Shown: positions 1 through 9,708, counted from the first letter of the stretch. The stretch is DNA of 32,000 nucleotides from Rhodoferax sp. (GCA_964203415.1 CAXNME010000002.1:31961-63960); one strand, 5' to 3'. A program made the numbers and translations. The notes: generated by a model not told the origin, from the letters alone.

Positions 1-300
1 ACGACCACGGCCTTCTTGAAGATTTCCAATGCGGCGGGCAAATATCCGTTCCATGAACGGCACCACGTCTGGGCCTTCAATCTGAACCGGACGTTCTGGC
101 ACGTCATACAGCGCAGATGTGCGGCGCAAGGCCCAATAGCCTTCAACGGAATCTTCGCCGTTGAAAACTGCGTGGTAGCGACCCGCATAAACGCCCATCA
201 CGGTCTGCTCATTCACGTAATTGTCGAAAAATGGCGAGGTTTCGAAACGTCTGCCACTCACACGAACAGTTTTGCTGACATCGGCGTGGATTGAACTCAT
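1..300 (-). CDS. Aminomethyltransferase family protein (GcvT/DmdA-like), N-terminal 100 codons; gene continues past the left edge
   Basis: Absent from the ORF track because no stop lies in the window. The reverse complement from ATG (300-298) reads MSSIHADVSKTVRVSGRRFETSPFFDNYVNEQTVMGVYAGRYHAVFNGEDSVEGYWALRRTSALYDVPERPVQIEGPDVVPFMERIFARRIGNLQEGRGR, open to position 1. A GAGGAG Shine-Dalgarno lies ~8 nt upstream. The pattern resembles N-termini of GcvT-family folate-dependent demethylases/aminomethyltransferases. Confidence 0.6.
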   Translation of the reverse strand, partial: MSSIHADVSKTVRVSGRRFETSPFFDNYVNEQTVMGVYAGRYHAVFNGEDSVEGYWALRRTSALYDVPERPVQIEGPDVVPFMERIFARRIGNLQEGRGR

Positions 301-323
301 GGCACTGGCTCCTCGGTTTGTCA

Positions 324-339
324 CTGACTGGAAAGTCAG
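324..339. promoter_or_regulatory. Inverted repeat CTGACT-GGAA-AGTCAG in the divergent promoter region; candidate LysR-type operator
   Basis: Perfect 6-bp arms read directly in the 135-bp region between the aminomethyltransferase start (300) and the LysR start (436). LysR regulators typically bind T-N11-A-like dyads in their own divergent promoters. Its function is inferred only. Confidence 0.3.
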
Positions 340-435
340 ATTTTGTTGCAATAGCGCAAGCCATTAAACTGCATTCACGCGCATACAGAAAATCATTTGA
401 ACTAACCCAAGAGGTTAGATAATCTAAATACTACG

Positions 436-1389
436 ATGTCCCATTGGCTTCCTTCTTTGAACGCTCTGCGCGCTTTCGAAACTGTCGCTCGGCATTTGAA
501 CTACAGGCTGGCGGCAGAGGAGCTCAACGTGTCGCCGGCGGCGGTCAAGCAATTGGTTGCCAAGCTGGAAGACGCCGTTGGTGTGGCACTGTTGGAGCGG
601 CGGGGTCGCGGCCTGAGTCTGACTGCGCAGGGTGCAGCCGGTTGTGATGACTTGAGCCGCGCGTTTCAGCTCATGGCAAACGCAGCCGAAAATATGCGCG
701 CGAGGGAACGGCGAAAGCGACTGATCGTTTCGGTGGAGCCATCGTTCGCGACGGCGTGGCTGGTACCACGCCTCGACACTTTCCGCAGCAACCATCCCGA
801 TGTGGATGTGCTCATTGACTCGTCTCTGCGCATCGTTGATCTCGAACAAGGCGAAGCCGACCTTGCCATTCGATTCGGACGACTGCCAAGTAATGAACTG
901 TTGAGTGTTCGTCTATTTGATGAGGTCTTGTCTGCGTATTGCAGCCCGCGCCTCGCCGGCCGTGAACGCATGCTAAAGCAGCTTGAAGATTTGCAACAAG
1001 TTACTTTGCTGCACTGGGACTTGACCCAATATGAGTGGGTTTCCGCGACCCGCAAATGGATGGACTGGAGAAAATGGCTGGTACAAGCAGGCGCAGAACA
1101 CGTCTCGCCTGGGGGCAGTTTGCATTTCAGCGACTACAACCTGGCACTTCAAGCCGCCATTGCTGGCCAAGGTGTCGTTCTCGGCAGCAAGCCTGTTCTT
1201 GCCAAGCTCGAAGAGGCAGGGCTTTTGTGTGATCCCTTCAACGTGCAAGTCAAGACGGACATTGGCTACGATCTGGTCACCACAGCGCGGTCCAAACGCA
1301 GGCCGGAAGTTCAATGCTTTATCGATTGGATTGCCGCTGAGGTCGGGCTCACAGAAAGCGCCCACATGTGGGCGGCGGTGGAGCCATAG
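436..1389 (+). CDS. LysR-family transcriptional regulator (GcvA-like)
   Basis: 317-aa ORF. The N-terminal HTH LPSLNALRAFETVARHLNYRLAAEELNVSPAAVKQLVAKLE is typical of the LysR/GcvA subfamily. It is divergent from a GcvT-like gene. Confidence 0.9.
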   Translation: MSHWLPSLNALRAFETVARHLNYRLAAEELNVSPAAVKQLVAKLEDAVGVALLERRGRGLSLTAQGAAGCDDLSRAFQLMANAAENMRARERRKRLIVSVEPSFATAWLVPRLDTFRSNHPDVDVLIDSSLRIVDLEQGEADLAIRFGRLPSNELLSVRLFDEVLSAYCSPRLAGRERMLKQLEDLQQVTLLHWDLTQYEWVSATRKWMDWRKWLVQAGAEHVSPGGSLHFSDYNLALQAAIAGQGVVLGSKPVLAKLEEAGLLCDPFNVQVKTDIGYDLVTTARSKRRPEVQCFIDWIAAEVGLTESAHMWAAVEP

Positions 1390-1412
1390 GGCCAAGAGGA
1401 GGTGTGGTTGGG

Positions 1413-1778
1413 TTACGTGTCGGTAATGGCTTCCAGCTTCACACCCACCTTGGGTGCGCGGGCGTCGACCACGATGGCATGCGAGTATTCACCTGTCAGC
1501 TGACGCGTGACCTGAAGCAAGGGCTGGTTGGCAATCCGGGTACTCGATGGGAGGCCTTTGCGTTCGCACAGCTCTACCAACTCCTGAAGGGTTTGCACTG
1601 TCCAGGTGCTGCGCCATTTTTTCAAAGCGACCTTGTTCACCCAACGTGTGGTGTGGCGGGTGTGTACGGGCGGACAGCCAACAAAAATCCATTGCGCTGG
1701 TGTCTGGTTCCCCAGCATAGGCAGGAGTTGCTGGCGGGCATGCTCTTTGTTATCGATGTAGGCAATGAATGTTTCCAT
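1413..1778 (-). CDS. Hypothetical protein (121 aa)
   Basis: The ORF fills the gap between the LysR stop and the TerC stop, with non-repetitive, balanced composition. The overlapping 331-aa + strand ORF is antisense to TerC and looks spurious. I recognise no family. Confidence 0.5.
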   Translation of the reverse strand: METFIAYIDNKEHARQQLLPMLGNQTPAQWIFVGCPPVHTRHTTRWVNKVALKKWRSTWTVQTLQELVELCERKGLPSSTRIANQPLLQVTRQLTGEYSHAIVVDARAPKVGVKLEAITDT

Positions 1779-1799
1779 GATCTGAGCCCATGCATAGGC

Positions 1800-2483
1800 T
1801 TAATCGCGGTTGCGCCTGCTAGTCCACCAACCGGTGAGCAACACGCCGCCAATGGCCAAGGCATAGGTCAGGCCGCGTGCGAGGTCGTGCATGTGGGTGT
1901 CACCATCAAACAAGTGGTCGAGCAGACTTTCATTCACGACCATGCTAGCCGCTGTAAAGGCCAGCACGGCCGCGCCCGCGTGGATGATGAGCGGCCAGCG
2001 CTGCACCAAGCGCAGCACCAACTGGCTGCCAAAGACCATGATGGGCACGCTGATCAGAAGGCCAATGACCACCAAGTCAAAATTGCCGTGGGCCGCGCCA
2101 GCAACACCGAGCACGTTGTCCACGCCCATCAGCGCGTCAGCCACCACGATGGTTTTCATTGCCCCAAAAAAAGTCGTGGCACCCGTGCCACTGTGCTCGT
2201 TTTCACCCGTGTCGGCAATGAGCTTGTAGGCGATCCACAGCAGGCCCAAGCCACCCACCAGCATGAGGCCAGGAATTTGGAGCAGCCAGACCACGCCCAC
2301 GGTCATGCCCGTGCGCACGATGATGGCGCCTACGGTGCCCCAAAGGATGGCTTTTTTCTGTAAATGGTCAGGAAGATTTCTGGCGGCCAGCGCAATGACA
2401 ATGGCGTTATCGCCGGCCAAAACCAAGTCGATCACAACAATGGCCAGCAAGGCCGACCACCACGGGGAGGAGAATAATTCCAT
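1800..2483 (-). CDS. TerC-family integral membrane protein (Alx/YjbE-like)
   Basis: 227 aa and multi-pass hydrophobic. It has the DLVLAGDNAIVIAL and DALMGVDNVLGVAG twin motifs characteristic of the TerC family, and is preceded by a yybP-ykoY riboswitch. Confidence 0.9.
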   Translation of the reverse strand: MELFSSPWWSALLAIVVIDLVLAGDNAIVIALAARNLPDHLQKKAILWGTVGAIIVRTGMTVGVVWLLQIPGLMLVGGLGLLWIAYKLIADTGENEHSGTGATTFFGAMKTIVVADALMGVDNVLGVAGAAHGNFDLVVIGLLISVPIMVFGSQLVLRLVQRWPLIIHAGAAVLAFTAASMVVNESLLDHLFDGDTHMHDLARGLTYALAIGGVLLTGWWTSRRNRD

Positions 2484-2554
2484 GACAAAACCTCAAACGA
2501 TCTATACCAACCGCCCGAATCCGAACCCATAGGCTCGTCAGTCGGTGCAGCGAC

Positions 2555-2700
2555 GGATCGAAGGTCTTGCCATGCTTGTTGTAAACCAGTTATGTGCCCA
2601 GCAGACCGGGAGCGGGCTCCGTACTGACGATCTGCTGACTACCGGGTGCGGGTTGTAAACCCTCGAACTGAACACCAGAAAGTTTGGCTACTCCCCAACG
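2555..2700 (-). promoter_or_regulatory. yybP-ykoY (Mn2+) riboswitch in the leader of the TerC-family gene
   Basis: The minus-strand RNA reads CGUUGGGGAGUAGCCAAAC...GGGCACAUAACUGG...CAUGGCAAGACCUUCGAUCC. The GGGGAGUAGC, (G/C)ACAUA and GCAAGACCUU blocks are the conserved cores of the yybP-ykoY motif. The position upstream of a TerC gene is the classic context. Confidence 0.8.
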
Positions 2701-2769
2701 ATGCCCAAATGTAACAAATTCCAATCGGTCACTAGAACCCTTGGCCCATCGGGTGTCAGCTCTTTTGCT

Positions 2770-4233
2770 TCAGGTGCGCCAAAACGTTCGCGTAAAAATA
2801 ACCACCATCGTGAATAGCTCCAAGCGACCCAGCAACATGGCCAGCGTACAAATCCAAGTTTGAAAGTCCGTCAGCACCGCAAAGGTGGTTGCGGGGCCGA
2901 CCAAGTTGAGTCCAGGCCCCATGTTGTTGATAGAGGCAACAACTGCGGAAAGCGCCGTCACCAGATCGCAGCCACTGAGTAGCATGAGCAGGGTGCACAC
3001 AATGATCGAGGCACCGTACAGGAACATAAAAGCCAAAATCGAGTCGATCACCGCGGGCTCATAGACCGAGCCATTCAACTTCACAACCATCGGTGATTTG
3101 GGATGCACCAGCCGGTGCAATTCACTGACGCAATGCTTGATCAACAACTGGGCGCGTACCATTTTTATTCCACCACCGGTGGAGCCTGCCGCAGTCGCAA
3201 AGCAAGATAAAAAAATCATCAAAACCGGCGCGAAAGTGGGCCACAGGTTGTAGTCTTGGGTGGCCAAACCCGTGGTGGTTGCGATCGAAACGACATTGAA
3301 TGCCGCGTGTCGCAGGGCAGTTAAAAAATCAGGGTAGACCTGGTGCGCCCACAAAAAACAGGCCACCACAAAAACGCTGGCGACCATGACAAACCAGACC
3401 ATGTGGGCCTCATTGTCTTTGACGTAGGCCCGCAGTGACCGGCCGGAAAATGCCAAAAAATGGGTCGAAAAATTGATGGCGGCTAGCAACATGAACACAA
3501 TGGCGACCGCTTCCATCGCAGGGGAATCAAAGAAACCAAAGCTTGCATCATGCGAAGAAAATCCACCGAGGCCCATGATGGAAAAGGTGTGAATCATCGA
3601 ATCTAGAAATGGCATGCCAACAGCCCATAAGCTGAAGGTACAGGCAATCGTAATCAACAGATAAACCAGCCACAGGCCTTTAGCGGTCTGCGCGATACGG
3701 GGTGTGAGCTTGGCATTTTTCATCGGGCCCGGGGTTTCCGCCTTGAAGGCCTGGCTGCCGCCAACCCCCAGCATGGGCAAAACCGCCACCGCCAACACCA
3801 CCACACCCATGCCACCCAGCCAGACGAGAAAGGTACGCCAGACATTGATGGAGCCTGGCAACTGGTCTAAATTGGAGATGGTGGTGGCCCCGGTGGTGGT
3901 CAGGCCCGACATGGTTTCAAAATACGCGTCGGTGAAGCTCAGACCGGGAATACTCAGCATCAAAGGAATGGTGGCAATGGCCGGCAACACCATCCAGGTC
4001 AATGCCGACAGCAAAAACCCATCTCTGTTGCGCAACTCTCTACCCAGAGATACCTTGCGCGTGAAAGCCCACATGGCCAAGCCAATCGTGGCGGTAACAA
4101 GCATCCCAACGACAAAGCTCCACACGGCATGGTCATCCAGATACCAGGAAATCGCTGTTGGAAACAACATCAATCCGGCAAATATCAGGATGATGAGTCC
4201 CAAGATATTCAAAACTCCCGCGACTCTTTGCAT
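2770..4233 (-). CDS. trkH: Trk-system potassium uptake protein TrkH
   Basis: 487-aa polytopic membrane protein containing the motifs FETMSGLTTTGAT and AAGSTGGGIKMVR (TrkH/KtrB selectivity-filter-like MPM repeats). It lies directly downstream of trkA. Confidence 0.95.
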   Translation of the reverse strand: MQRVAGVLNILGLIILIFAGLMLFPTAISWYLDDHAVWSFVVGMLVTATIGLAMWAFTRKVSLGRELRNRDGFLLSALTWMVLPAIATIPLMLSIPGLSFTDAYFETMSGLTTTGATTISNLDQLPGSINVWRTFLVWLGGMGVVVLAVAVLPMLGVGGSQAFKAETPGPMKNAKLTPRIAQTAKGLWLVYLLITIACTFSLWAVGMPFLDSMIHTFSIMGLGGFSSHDASFGFFDSPAMEAVAIVFMLLAAINFSTHFLAFSGRSLRAYVKDNEAHMVWFVMVASVFVVACFLWAHQVYPDFLTALRHAAFNVVSIATTTGLATQDYNLWPTFAPVLMIFLSCFATAAGSTGGGIKMVRAQLLIKHCVSELHRLVHPKSPMVVKLNGSVYEPAVIDSILAFMFLYGASIIVCTLLMLLSGCDLVTALSAVVASINNMGPGLNLVGPATTFAVLTDFQTWICTLAMLLGRLELFTMVVIFTRTFWRT

Positions 4234-4246
4234 TATCTAAGCCCCT

Positions 4247-5626
4247 TCATCCAAAAAAGCTTGCGCTTACCTGAAGGAGTTTTTCAATTTTTTGCACCGT
4301 TTTGATCTCGGTGACGAACACAATTAAATGGTCTTCGGATTCAAGTACCAGGTCATGGTGCGCCATCAACACCTCTTGGCCGCGCACCACCGCGCCCAAC
4401 AAAGCGCCCGCTGGCCATGCAATGGCATCCACACGACGCCCTACACACTGGCTGGTGGATTTGTCTCCATGAATCACGATTTCCAGTGCCTCTGCCGCAC
4501 CCCGCCGCAAACTGTGCAAACGCGCCACATCAGCGCGCCGAACGTGCGCAAGAATAGAGCCGATCGTGACATCCGCAAGACCCACCACGATATCGATTTT
4601 GCTGTCCTCCAGGACACCGACATACACGCTTTGGTGGATCAGCGACAAGACACGGTGCGCGCCCAATTTTTTTGCCAGCAGCGATGCAATGATGTTGCGA
4701 TCGTCGTCCCCGGTCGCGGCAACAAAGAGATCGACCTGGGCAATATCCTCGTTGATTAACAGTTCGCTGTCGTTTTCGCTACCGTGCAAGACCACTGTTT
4801 TGTCCAGCAAAGCCACCAACTGGTGCGCGCGTTTCTCATTGGCCTCGATCAACTTCACCGAATGGCTCCCCTCCAGGTCCTGGGCCAGCCGGTAACTGAA
4901 TTCTGAGCCTCCAGCGACCATCATGCGCCTGACCGGGCGGTCTGCTTTGCGCAACTCCTCCATCACCCGCCGCATGTCGGCTGTGCGAGAAAGAAAGAAT
5001 ACTTCGTCGCCTTCTTCGATCACCGTATCTGCGACGGGCTGCACTGCGCTTTTGCCACGGAATATGGCGACGATTCGCGCCTCCGTGGTCTTGAGGTGAT
5101 TCACCAAATTACCGATTCGGTCTCCCACCAAAAGCCCGCCGGCCTTCGCGAGAACGGCCACGAGGCAGACTTGGCGGTCGGCGAACTCTAAAACCTGGAG
5201 CGCCTCCGGATAAAAAACCAGATTTTCAACATACCGGGCCAGCAATACTTCTGGCGAAATCACATGGCTGATACCGAAAACATCCTCTCCGGTCAGGCGC
5301 GGGTCGTCTAGATACTCGGAAGACCGTACCCGGGCAATGCGTTTGGGCACATTGAATATCTTGGCGGCAATTCTGCACGCCATCATGTTGATCTCATCCA
5401 CCTCGGTCACGGCAATGAGCAAGTCACAGTCGGCGATACCCGCTTCTCTCAACACGGAGGGGTGCCCCGCATTACCCGTCACGGTGCGCAAGTCCAATTT
5501 GGAGGCCAGCTCTTTGAGTTTGGCGGCATCACGGTCGATGACCGTGATGTTGTGCTGCTCCGTAGCCAGATTTTTTGCCACCGAGGAGCCGACCTGTCCC
5601 GCACCCAGAATGATGATGTTGCTCAT
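4247..5626 (-). CDS. trkA: Trk-system potassium uptake protein TrkA (tandem RCK/NAD-binding domains)
   Basis: 459 aa. It starts with the Rossmann motif MSNIIILGAGQVGSSVA and has a second motif MMVAGGSEFSYRLA at mid-protein. It forms an operon with trkH. Confidence 0.95.
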   Translation of the reverse strand: MSNIIILGAGQVGSSVAKNLATEQHNITVIDRDAAKLKELASKLDLRTVTGNAGHPSVLREAGIADCDLLIAVTEVDEINMMACRIAAKIFNVPKRIARVRSSEYLDDPRLTGEDVFGISHVISPEVLLARYVENLVFYPEALQVLEFADRQVCLVAVLAKAGGLLVGDRIGNLVNHLKTTEARIVAIFRGKSAVQPVADTVIEEGDEVFFLSRTADMRRVMEELRKADRPVRRMMVAGGSEFSYRLAQDLEGSHSVKLIEANEKRAHQLVALLDKTVVLHGSENDSELLINEDIAQVDLFVAATGDDDRNIIASLLAKKLGAHRVLSLIHQSVYVGVLEDSKIDIVVGLADVTIGSILAHVRRADVARLHSLRRGAAEALEIVIHGDKSTSQCVGRRVDAIAWPAGALLGAVVRGQEVLMAHHDLVLESEDHLIVFVTEIKTVQKIEKLLQVSASFFG

Positions 5627-5724
5627 GGATTTATTTCCAACGGACTCATTATTTTTAATAGGGCACGTGCATTAGCCCGGCGCGATCATAGTGCTCCGGG
5701 AGCCGCAGGGTCGCTCCCCGCCCC

Positions 5725-8289
5725 TCAAGATCGGGGCTTGGTATTTTCCGGGTCGTACAAAGCGGCGTAACCGACCGCTTCCACTTTGACCGGGTAGACG
5801 TCATCAAAGTACTGGATGTGCAGTTCGCGGCCGACTTGGCAATACGCGTGGGGCAGGTAGGCCAGCGCAATGTTTTTGCCGATGGTCGGGCCAAACGCGA
5901 TGCTGGTGGTGTAGGAGCGCCGGCCTTGGCTGTCGATCAGGGTTTGGCCGGTTGCGGGGTCCATCACCGGCAGGTTGCCCAGCGGGTAGCGGGCCACGCC
6001 GGTGCTGTCGATGTTGTGCGTCATGGTCAGCGTGCACAGGTAGGCTGGTTGGTGTTCGCGTTCGCGGAACTTCAGATGCGCGGCCTTGCCGTGGAAGTCG
6101 GCGGCCTTGACCTTGGGACGCGCGAGATCGCATTCCATCAGGTTGTATTCGGTCAGCAGGTCGCCGTTTTGCAGGCGCAGGCTCTTTTCCATGCGGCGGC
6201 TGTTGGCATAGGTTTCCACGCCCACGGGCGTCACGCCCAGTGCAAACAGCGCGTCCCACAGGGCCAGGCCATCTTCGTACTTGAAGTGCAACTCCCAGCC
6301 CTGCTCACCTACATACGAAATGCGGAAGGCCAGCACTGGCACGCCCGCAATCTTCAGGTTACGAAAAGCGGCGAAGGGAAAGTTCTCATGCGTCCAGGCA
6401 TCGGGCGCATCGGCAATTTTTTGGATGGTGGCGCGGGCATTCGGCCCCCACACGCCCAAGCAACCGTAGGCGGTGGTGGTGTCGGTGACTTTGACGTTCG
6501 CGCCCCGGTCCTGCGCCATGCGCTGTATCCACACCAGGTCGCGGTGACCGGCATCCGCACCGTCGATCACACGGTAGTGGTCCTGCGCCAGGCGCAATAC
6601 GGTCAGGTCGGCGCGCACGCCGCCTTTGGCATCCAGAAAGTGGGTGTACACGCCCTTGCCCACAGGCGTGTCGCCACCCACCTTGGCCACGCAGATGTAC
6701 TCCAGCAGATCGGCGGCATCAGGGCCGACGACGTCGATTTCAGCAAAGTGGGAGACGTTGATCATGCCCACGTCTTCGGTCATTTTGAGGTGCTCAGCGT
6801 TGGATACACGCCAGAAGTGGCGGTTGTCCCATTCGTTGGCGCGCACCGGCACCTTGTCGCCGTAGACCTTGAGTAGATGCTCGTTGCTCGCGTAGCCATG
6901 CGCGCGCTCCCAGCCCGAGAGTTCCATGAAGTAAGCGCCCAGCGCTTTCTCGCGCTCGTAAAACGGGCTCTTGAAGATGCCGCGCCCGGCGCTGTAAGGC
7001 TCGCGGTTGTGCACCGGCGGGTTGTAGATCTTGAAGGCACCCTCGTAGCAGCGGTCGTGGATGTACTGCTCGTCCTGCTGATAGGGGTAAATGCGGGCCA
7101 CGTCGATGCGGGCGTGGTCGATGTGCGTGTAGCCATCGGTCATCCAGTCCGCCACAATTTTGCCCACACCCGGGCCGTCTTTGACCCACACCGCCTCGGC
7201 GTACCACAGGCCGCGCACTTTGGACGATTCACCGATGGACGGGTTGCCGTCGGTCGTCACCTGCAAAAGGCCGTTGAAGGAATATTTGTCGTCATAGCCC
7301 AACTCGGCCAGGATGGGCGTGAGCTCAATCGCGCGCTCAAGCGGTGCCATGATTTGGTCCAGTTCCAGATCGCGCTGCGAAGGCGACAGGCGCGCCTGCT
7401 CTTTTTCCAACAAGTCGCGCGGGTGGCACATGCGCGGGTTTTTCTCTTCGTAATAGCCCCATTCGATCTGGCCGCCCTCCGGCGTTTTGGGGTCACCCGT
7501 ATCCCGCAGATAGGCCGAGTTGCCTTGGTCGCGCAAGAGCGGATAGCCGATGTCTTTGCCGGTGCCCGCAAATTCCAGATAGGGTTTGAAGAAAGTGAGC
7601 GGGTGGTCCACCGGCATGATGGGCAGGTCTTCCCCCGCCATATTGGCAATCAGGCGGCCCCACAGACCGGCGCAGACCACCACGTAATCGGCGGCAATAA
7701 AACCCTTGGTCGTTTCCACGCCCTGGATGCGGCCGTTCTCGATGCGCAGACCGGTACAAGCGGTGTTGGCAAAGGACTGCAGCTTGCCCGACGCAACTGC
7801 CGCATCCACCAGTTCGCCCGCCACCATTTGGGAGCGGGGTTTGACCAAGCCCGCATCCGGGTCCCACAGGGCGCCTTGCACCATGCTCTCGTCGAGCAGC
7901 GGCATTTTGGCCTTGGCCTCAGCCGCGCTGATCAGCTCGACCCGGTTGCCAAAGGCCTTGCCCGAGGCCACGCGGCGTTTGAGCTCCAGCATGCGCTCGT
8001 CGTCGCCGACCCGCGCCACTTCGATGCCGCCAATGCGGTCATAGCGGCCCATCTTGTCGTAGAAGTCGATGCTGTATTTGGTGGTGAAGATCGTCATCTG
8101 ATCGTGCATCGTGTTGAAGCAGAAATCAGAGGCGTGTGCCGTGGAGCCCACATCCGTCGGAATGGCGGACTTGTCGATACCGACAATGTTGTCCCAGCCC
8201 CGTTCAATCAGGTGGTGCACCACCGAGGCGCCGACGATGCCGCCTTGGCCAATGATGACAACTTTGGCGCGTTCAGGAAATTGGGCCAT
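5725..8289 (-). CDS. FAD-dependent oxidoreductase fused to a GcvT-like folate-binding domain (dimethylglycine/sarcosine dehydrogenase family)
   Basis: 854 aa. It has the N-terminal dinucleotide motif KVVIIGQGGIVGASV, a DAO-type domain and a C-terminal aminomethyltransferase-like region (RISYVGEQGWELH...). The long + strand ORFs over it are antisense artefacts of high GC. Confidence 0.9.
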   Translation of the reverse strand: MAQFPERAKVVIIGQGGIVGASVVHHLIERGWDNIVGIDKSAIPTDVGSTAHASDFCFNTMHDQMTIFTTKYSIDFYDKMGRYDRIGGIEVARVGDDERMLELKRRVASGKAFGNRVELISAAEAKAKMPLLDESMVQGALWDPDAGLVKPRSQMVAGELVDAAVASGKLQSFANTACTGLRIENGRIQGVETTKGFIAADYVVVCAGLWGRLIANMAGEDLPIMPVDHPLTFFKPYLEFAGTGKDIGYPLLRDQGNSAYLRDTGDPKTPEGGQIEWGYYEEKNPRMCHPRDLLEKEQARLSPSQRDLELDQIMAPLERAIELTPILAELGYDDKYSFNGLLQVTTDGNPSIGESSKVRGLWYAEAVWVKDGPGVGKIVADWMTDGYTHIDHARIDVARIYPYQQDEQYIHDRCYEGAFKIYNPPVHNREPYSAGRGIFKSPFYEREKALGAYFMELSGWERAHGYASNEHLLKVYGDKVPVRANEWDNRHFWRVSNAEHLKMTEDVGMINVSHFAEIDVVGPDAADLLEYICVAKVGGDTPVGKGVYTHFLDAKGGVRADLTVLRLAQDHYRVIDGADAGHRDLVWIQRMAQDRGANVKVTDTTTAYGCLGVWGPNARATIQKIADAPDAWTHENFPFAAFRNLKIAGVPVLAFRISYVGEQGWELHFKYEDGLALWDALFALGVTPVGVETYANSRRMEKSLRLQNGDLLTEYNLMECDLARPKVKAADFHGKAAHLKFREREHQPAYLCTLTMTHNIDSTGVARYPLGNLPVMDPATGQTLIDSQGRRSYTTSIAFGPTIGKNIALAYLPHAYCQVGRELHIQYFDDVYPVKVEAVGYAALYDPENTKPRS

Positions 8290-8481
8290 GTTTGCGCTTG
8301 CTCCTACAAAAATTGGATATCCGGGGCCGTCCAGCTAGCCCGACAGTGTATTCAGCAGCGCGACCCTGAAGGATGCAATTGCGACTGTGGTTTTCACAAT
8401 GTCGCCAAAGCCGTTGCACAGAGCCAGCGCGCGGACCCCCGCCTAGAATCCCGGCACCTCCCTTATCCAAGTCACTTTTCC

Positions 8482-8865
8482 ATGCAAACCTTCTCCACAC
8501 ACCTTGATGCGCTTGAATGGACACAGTGGCCGCCGGACCAGATCGCCACACGCGGTAAGGCGCAATGGAAGGAGCTGCTGGGCAGTGGCTCCGGGTGCCA
8601 GAACGACATGACGATGGGTGTCGTTCGCCTGCGGCAAGGCGAATCGCTCGAGCCGCATCGCCACGCACAGCCTGAGACCTACTTCACGCTGTCAGGACGC
8701 GGCACGGTCACCATTGAGGACGTGGTGCACAGCGTCGACCCGGGGCGGACCTTGTTCATACCCGGTAACGCCCGACACCAGATCAACAACGTGGATGCAG
8801 AAGATCTGCTGATTCTGTATGCGTTTGCCGTCAGCGATTTCAGCAAGATTCAGTATCACTTCTGA
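8482..8865 (+). CDS. Cupin-domain protein (127 aa)
   Basis: This is the in-frame ATG inside the 6877..8865 ORF, just past the divergent start of the flavoprotein gene. It contains cupin motif-like LEPHRHAQPETYFTLSGRG and LFIPGNARHQINN. The Shine-Dalgarno is weak, so the start is uncertain. Confidence 0.65.
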   Translation: MQTFSTHLDALEWTQWPPDQIATRGKAQWKELLGSGSGCQNDMTMGVVRLRQGESLEPHRHAQPETYFTLSGRGTVTIEDVVHSVDPGRTLFIPGNARHQINNVDAEDLLILYAFAVSDFSKIQYHF

Positions 8866-8966
8866 GCGCGCCAACGGCCGTAGGCTGGGACCGCGCTGTG
8901 CGCTATCCACGATGAAACGGTCAGTGCGCTGCTATTTTTCTGCTGACTTACAACGAGGAATCTCCC

Positions 8967-9682
8967 ATGTACAAATTAGTGGCATTTGATGCTTACGGCA
9001 CCTTGTTTGACGTGTATTCCATGGGCCAGTTGGCCGAAGAACTGTTCCCTGGCAATGGCCAAGCCCTGGCATTGATGTGGCGTGACCGGCAAATTGAATA
9101 CACGCGTCTGGTCACCATGAGCGATCCCAACCCCGAGGGGAGTCGGCACTACCTGCCGTTTTGGGAATTGACGGTGCGCTCCTTGCGGCTACTGCTGCAA
9201 ACGCCTGCACCTGCCGCTGAGTGCGGGCAACGAGCAGCTGCCTGATGGACCAGTACGCCAAGCTCACCGGATTTGCGGACAGCTTGGAAGTCCTGCGATC
9301 TATCAAGACCCAAGGCTTATCAACGGCCATTTTGTCCAACGGAAGTCGGGAGATGCTTTCCACAGTGGTCACCGCGAATGGCTTGACCCCTTACTTGGAT
9401 CAGGTCGTCTCCGTGGAGGATGTGCGGCTATTTAAAACTGCGCCGCAAGCCTACGAGCTACTGCTGAAAAACTTCCCTGTGGCCAAACAAGAAATACTGT
9501 TTGTCTCCAGCAACGCGTGGGATGCATTGGCCGCCAAATGGTATGGGTTTGATGTGTTTTGGGTGAACCGGCTGGGGCATCCGTTTGAGGAGATTGGCGA
9601 AAGCCCCAACTTTGAAGGGACGTCACTGTCGGAAGTGTTGGCGGTTCTGAACCCGCCGGCAGTACAAAAAGAAACACCGTAG
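8967..9682 (+). pseudogene. Type II haloacid dehalogenase (HAD superfamily), interrupted by two +1 insertions
   Basis: N-terminus is MYKLVAFDAYGTLFDV (the DxYGT nucleophile motif); C-terminus has ILSNGS...LFVSSNAWDALAAKWYGF. The reading frame goes 0 -> +1 near 9187-9188 (cGGc) and +1 -> +2 near 9241-9242 (gCCt). The middle frame reads YCCKRLHLPLSAGNEQL. Confidence 0.8.
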
Positions 9683-9702
9683 TACCTTGCGAAACTACGG
9701 TG
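9662..9702 (-). terminator. Hairpin terminator downstream of tRNA-Phe (shared with the convergent HAD gene)
   Basis: Perfect 9-bp stem CACCGTAGT / ACTACGGTG (9675-9683 / 9694-9702) with a 10-nt loop. On the minus strand it is followed by TTTCTTTTTGT. Confidence 0.55.
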
Positions 9703-9708
9703 TAAATC

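Noticed and set aside
16-294. 92-aa + strand ORF at the left edge
   Set aside because: It lies antisense to a much better-supported minus-strand aminomethyltransferase reading frame that has a Shine-Dalgarno and family-typical sequence. Its own product has no recognisable features.
1368-2363. 331-aa + strand ORF
   Set aside because: It is antisense to the TerC-family gene and the 121-aa gene. Its His/Gly/Ala/Arg-rich low-complexity translation is typical of the non-coding strand in high-GC DNA.
5818-8481. Two long + strand ORFs (352 aa, and the first ~535 aa of the 662-aa ORF)
   Set aside because: They are antisense to the 854-aa flavoprotein gene, and their Arg/Ala/Gly/Val/His-rich translation has no motifs. 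Only the last 127 codons (the cupin, from 8482) lie outside the opposite-strand gene and look real.
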